Part shown: piece by piece, positions 29,127 through 32,000 of the stretch
Position numbering within the stretch: the stretch's first letter is position 1
Layout: the number at the start of each line of letters is the position of its first letter
From: Candidatus Peribacter riflensis
GTDB taxonomy: Bacteria > Patescibacteriota > Gracilibacteria > Peribacterales > Peribacteraceae
Direction: 5' to 3'
NCBI GenBank assembly: GCA_001430755.1
Contig: CP013062.1
Span: 1,216,027-1,248,026 of the forward strand
Length of the DNA: 32,000 bases
Program-made: the position numbers and the translations under genes
The notes under the pieces: generated by a model
The model's input: only the letters and a program-made list of their open reading frames with translations
Told to the model about the DNA's origin: nothing
Databases searched by the model: none

Positions 29127-31991
29127 ATGAAACTGCGTCTTGTCCCACTGGAGGGTAAAACAGCGAGAGGTGCGATAGCGATCATTGTCATATGTTCGAT
29201 GGCATTCTTTGTCTCCCTCCTCGATTCATCTGCCATTCGTTCGGTGTGGAGGCGGGCCCAGGTGCCGGGGGCACTTCCTACCGCCTGCTGCGGTTTCAAT
29301 AATTGCGGGTGCATTGCGGAGAACGTGACGATGGAAGACTGTCTCACCATGGGTGGGTACTCGCTCCAGTCGGGCTTTGACTGCGGGGCCTGCACCCCCA
29401 TCGGTGTCGGGGATTGCACCTATTGTGAGGCATCGTTCGCCCCGGTCTGTGGCGGATTCTGTCCGGGTGGCCAGAGGTGCCTGCCCGGTTTTGGTTGTGA
29501 TGCTTCGGATCCTACGTTATGCGCAGAATACTGCGAATGTTCTCCAATCGATCCAGGTTCCTCGTCGAGCGTTCAGAGTTCCAGTGTATCCTCTTCCAGC
29601 TTCCGTTCCTCATCCAGTTCGCAGACTTCCTGCGCCCCTACGGGTGGCGGTTGCCCCAGTGGATTCTCGTGCACTCTCAGTTTGCAGAGTGATTGCACGT
29701 GTGCAGCGATGACGTGTTCAGACCCTGATGATTGTTGTTTTGAAACAGGAGGGTCATGTGATGCCGGATTGTGTGGGGTGGGTTCGTGTGTCAGACAGGT
29801 GCCCTGCGGGTTTCCTTCCAGCGATTCCTCATCAAGCAGCACCGTCTCATCTGGTTTTTCAAGCACCAGCAGCATCCTCCCGTCCAGTTCCTCTGCGGGC
29901 GGCGTTGCTTCATCCAGCTCCCTTGGCATTTCTTCGAGCAGCGCTCTCCCTTCCAGCTCTTCGGCAGCCAGCAGCAGTGTGACAAGTAATCAGAGCTCCT
30001 CCAGCACACAGAGCAGCAGCGCTTCGAGTGTGAGCAGTAGCCGGAGCAGTCATGCTCTCAGTTCGACATCCAGTCTGAGCAGCTCCGCAAGCAGCGGGCA
30101 GAGCCTTTCCTCCAGCATTCCCATCCAGAGCTCCACCGGTCCCGTTCCCTCGTCCTACTCCTCTAGTATTTCCATCCAGAGCTCCACCGGCACATCCTCC
30201 AGGAGTTCCTCCCGCTCCTCTTCCTCCTCCTCCTCGGCAGGGACGTCGATGCGGTCCAGCTCTTCTTCTTCTGTGCACTGCGATGCCTGTACGCTCGGGG
30301 GCGGGTGCGCGTTGTGCGGCGGAGCCGGTGAAGTCTGTGCGGTGCTCACGGATGGCGGCACGTTTGGCGGTGGAGGGTACGAATGTTTCAATCTTCCGGG
30401 CAATCATCCGGAATTTACGATCTGCGACTGCGGCGGATCATTCTCTTCCGCTTCCTCCTCTGTTCCTGTCTGCCCCGGCGATCTCTGCTCCGGCCCGTAC
30501 GATCCCAACGGCGACGATGTCTGCGCCTCGTATGACCTGATCTGCGAGGAGCTCTCAGAACCTCCCTGCGCACGCTGCATCGGCGGATCCTTCTCCTCCA
30601 TCATCGTGCAGAGCAGCGCTGCTTCTGCCAACTGTCCCGGCGATCTCTGCTCCGGCCCGTACGATCCCAACGGCGATACGGTCTGCGCCTCGAATGGCCT
30701 TCTCTGTGAGGAGCTCTCCGAACCTCCCTGCGCACGCTGCGTCGAGACATCTGCCTCTTCTTCCAGTACCTCCTCTATCGCTCCCCGCTGTGGTGACGGC
30801 TTCCTCGATCCCGGGGAGGAGTGCGACGACGGAAACCCCCGGAACGGTGACTACTGTTCCGTCCTCTGCCGTTGGGAGGGTCTCGAGCGGTGTGCCAACA
30901 ACATCATCGAACCGCCCGAACAGTGTGATGACGGGAACACGCGTGACGGCGACGGCTGCAGCCGCTTCTGCCGCACAGAGCAGATTCTCGGCGGCCCGCT
31001 CTGCGGTGACGGCCTGCTCGATCCCGGCGAAGAGTGCGACGACGGCAACACCGGCCCGGAGGACGGCTGCGACGCCTGGTGCCGCTGGGAGGGCTTCAAC
31101 CGCTGCGGCAACCACATTCTCGAATGGGGCGAACAGTGCGACGACGGCAACCTTTTCAACAGCGACGGCTGTTCCACCCTCTGCCAGCGGGAGCAGACCG
31201 CACCACTCTCTTCCTGCGGCGACGGGCGGAGGGCGAAGACCGAGCAGTGTGACGATGGCAATCCCCTCGACGGAGATGGCTGTGATCGCGGCTGCCGCAT
31301 CGAATCCTTCTCCGCCGCCGCCGCCCTTCTCTGCGGCGACGGCCTGCGCGATGTCGGAGAGGAGTGTGATGATGGCAACCTCTCTAACGGTGACGGCTGC
31401 TCCTCACACTGTCTCTTCGAGCAGGGCCGTTGCGGCGACTCCACTGTCCAGCGTGCATTGGGTGAACAGTGCGAACCTTCCCTCCACAACGCCTCTCTGC
31501 CGTACGGCTGCACCTCCACCTGTCGCTTCCTCCACCGTGAGTGCGGCAATGGCATTCCCAATCTGGGTGAGGAGTGTGACAGCGGCCCCCTCAATTCCAA
31601 TCTGCCCGATGCCCCCTGCCGTCCCGATTGCTCCCTGCCCCACTGCGGCGACATCGTCCTCGACCCGGTCGAGTTCTGCGATGACGGCAACCTGCTGAGA
31701 GGGGATGGCTGCGACGAGTACTGCCGGCGCGAGAGCGACCTGTTCCCCCAGTATTCTTCCACTTCCTCCCTCCCCTCCCTGCGACCGGCGGCATCCCTCA
31801 CCCGCACGTCCGATCAAGCCCATCCGCCCCTCTTCGCCACCCTGCAGACCTTCGAGCCCTGGAGGAGGGGATCCACCGTACGCGTCCCCACCCACGCTCC
31901 CGCCGGTGAGACCGGCCCCGCTGCTATGGCCGTGATGGCTGCCGGTGCTGCGGCAGGTCTGGCGTGGATGCGGAGGCGCAGAAAACCGTAA
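29127..31991 (+). CDS. Giant surface protein 7 (954 aa), paralog of protein 6: unique Cys-rich head, ~150 aa Ser-rich tract, 2 CPGDLCSGPYDPNGD modules, 9 mostly type-B Cys repeats, spacer, ETGP-type C-terminal anchor
   Basis: 2.9 kb ORF from ATG 29127. N-terminal helix GAIAIIVICSMAFFVSLL. The 3' 1.2 kb is nearly identical to protein 6. Tail AGETGPAAMAVMAAGAAAGLAWMRRRRKP, with TAA stop at 31989-31991. Confidence 0.9.
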   Translation: MKLRLVPLEGKTARGAIAIIVICSMAFFVSLLDSSAIRSVWRRAQVPGALPTACCGFNNCGCIAENVTMEDCLTMGGYSLQSGFDCGACTPIGVGDCTYCEASFAPVCGGFCPGGQRCLPGFGCDASDPTLCAEYCECSPIDPGSSSSVQSSSVSSSSFRSSSSSQTSCAPTGGGCPSGFSCTLSLQSDCTCAAMTCSDPDDCCFETGGSCDAGLCGVGSCVRQVPCGFPSSDSSSSSTVSSGFSSTSSILPSSSSAGGVASSSSLGISSSSALPSSSSAASSSVTSNQSSSSTQSSSASSVSSSRSSHALSSTSSLSSSASSGQSLSSSIPIQSSTGPVPSSYSSSISIQSSTGTSSRSSSRSSSSSSSAGTSMRSSSSSSVHCDACTLGGGCALCGGAGEVCAVLTDGGTFGGGGYECFNLPGNHPEFTICDCGGSFSSASSSVPVCPGDLCSGPYDPNGDDVCASYDLICEELSEPPCARCIGGSFSSIIVQSSAASANCPGDLCSGPYDPNGDTVCASNGLLCEELSEPPCARCVETSASSSSTSSIAPRCGDGFLDPGEECDDGNPRNGDYCSVLCRWEGLERCANNIIEPPEQCDDGNTRDGDGCSRFCRTEQILGGPLCGDGLLDPGEECDDGNTGPEDGCDAWCRWEGFNRCGNHILEWGEQCDDGNLFNSDGCSTLCQREQTAPLSSCGDGRRAKTEQCDDGNPLDGDGCDRGCRIESFSAAAALLCGDGLRDVGEECDDGNLSNGDGCSSHCLFEQGRCGDSTVQRALGEQCEPSLHNASLPYGCTSTCRFLHRECGNGIPNLGEECDSGPLNSNLPDAPCRPDCSLPHCGDIVLDPVEFCDDGNLLRGDGCDEYCRRESDLFPQYSSTSSLPSLRPAASLTRTSDQAHPPLFATLQTFEPWRRGSTVRVPTHAPAGETGPAAMAVMAAGAAAGLAWMRRRRKP
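30471..30740 (+). repeat. Two further copies of the CPGDLCSGPYDPNGD..CAS..L.CEELSEPPCARC module (protein 7)
   Basis: The copies lie at 30471-30578 and 30633-30740. They carry the same peptide core as 27271-27558. Confidence 0.85.
30780..31684 (+). repeat. Copy 2 of the ~905 bp identical block (matches 27838-28742)
   Basis: The evidence is the same as for copy 1. Confidence 0.85.
30789..31733 (+). repeat. Nine tandem Cys repeats forming the stalk of protein 7, almost base-identical to the last nine repeats of protein 6
   Basis: From CGDGFLDPGEECDDGNPRNGDYCSVLCRWE to CGDIVLDPVEFCDDGNLLRGDGCDEYCRRE. The offset to protein 6 is 2942 bp. Confidence 0.85.
31902..31991 (+). other. Putative C-terminal sorting/anchor signal of protein 7
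   Basis: AGETGPAAMAVMAAGAAAGLAWMRRRRKP followed by the stop. Confidence 0.6.
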
Positions 31992-32000
31992 GAGACAGCC

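Noticed and set aside
20383-31684. The identical 360 bp and 905 bp pairs read as template/variable repeats of a diversity-generating retroelement.
   Set aside because: The window has no reverse transcriptase. The paired blocks are fully identical, whereas a DGR pair would differ at adenine positions. Both copies sit in equivalent coding contexts. Gene conversion explains them better.
27838-31684. The duplicated blocks read as insertion sequences or another mobile element.
   Set aside because: There is no transposase, integrase or terminal inverted repeat, and there are no target-site duplications. The duplicates are in-frame parts of paralogous genes.
2076-31991. Eukaryotic contamination, suggested by EGF-like, disintegrin-like or integrin-like Cys-rich and FG-GAP architecture.
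   Set aside because: The multi-kb ORFs are uninterrupted and lack introns. Spacing is tight, with a 4 nt start/stop overlap. All genes are co-oriented directly downstream of bacterial housekeeping genes, and the termini are bacterial in style (signal peptide, C-terminal sorting-type tail).
1-32000. An alternative genetic code (for example UGA recoding), or tRNA or other ncRNA genes in the intergenic gaps.
   Set aside because: All long ORFs are intact under the standard code and end at normal stops. The gaps are at most ~125 nt and show no tRNA-like T-loop or acceptor features.

Overview
The window is GC-rich and every real gene is on the + strand. It opens with two housekeeping genes: the 3' part of an RsuA/RluB-family pseudouridine synthase (1-404) and a beta-CASP/MBL-fold RNA-metabolising hydrolase (491-1954). 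The other ~30 kb (2076-31991) is one tandem array of seven giant ORFs of 954-2104 aa, separated by -4 to ~125 nt. All seven start with a hydrophobic signal/anchor segment and share one plan. A variable head comes first: an RCC1-like, FG-GAP/VCBS or YVTN beta-propeller, a four-copy GW-CD-D/NHGF domain, or a unique Cys-rich head. Poly-Ser linkers follow, then a stalk of ~30-35 aa Cys-rich repeats (about 78 by my count). Type B repeats match the DUF4215/TIGR02232 Myxococcus cysteine-rich repeat. Type A repeats are a CGNG..EQCE..C..C..CxC variant. Six of the seven then have a Cys-free Pro/Ser/Ala spacer and a conserved tripartite C-terminal tail ([VA]G[SAE]TGPA, an Ala/Gly-rich helix, an Arg/Lys cluster). 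This tail resembles an LPXTG or PEP-CTERM type sorting signal, but I do not recognise it as a named family. Other notable points are beta-propellers nested inside split Cys repeats, a nine-repeat stalk cassette shared in order by two genes with unrelated heads, and two identical inter-gene blocks (905 bp and 360 bp) that indicate recent gene conversion at the 3' ends. I found no RNA genes, CRISPR arrays, transposases or convincing promoters/terminators. All family assignments rest on motif reading by eye; no searches were run.
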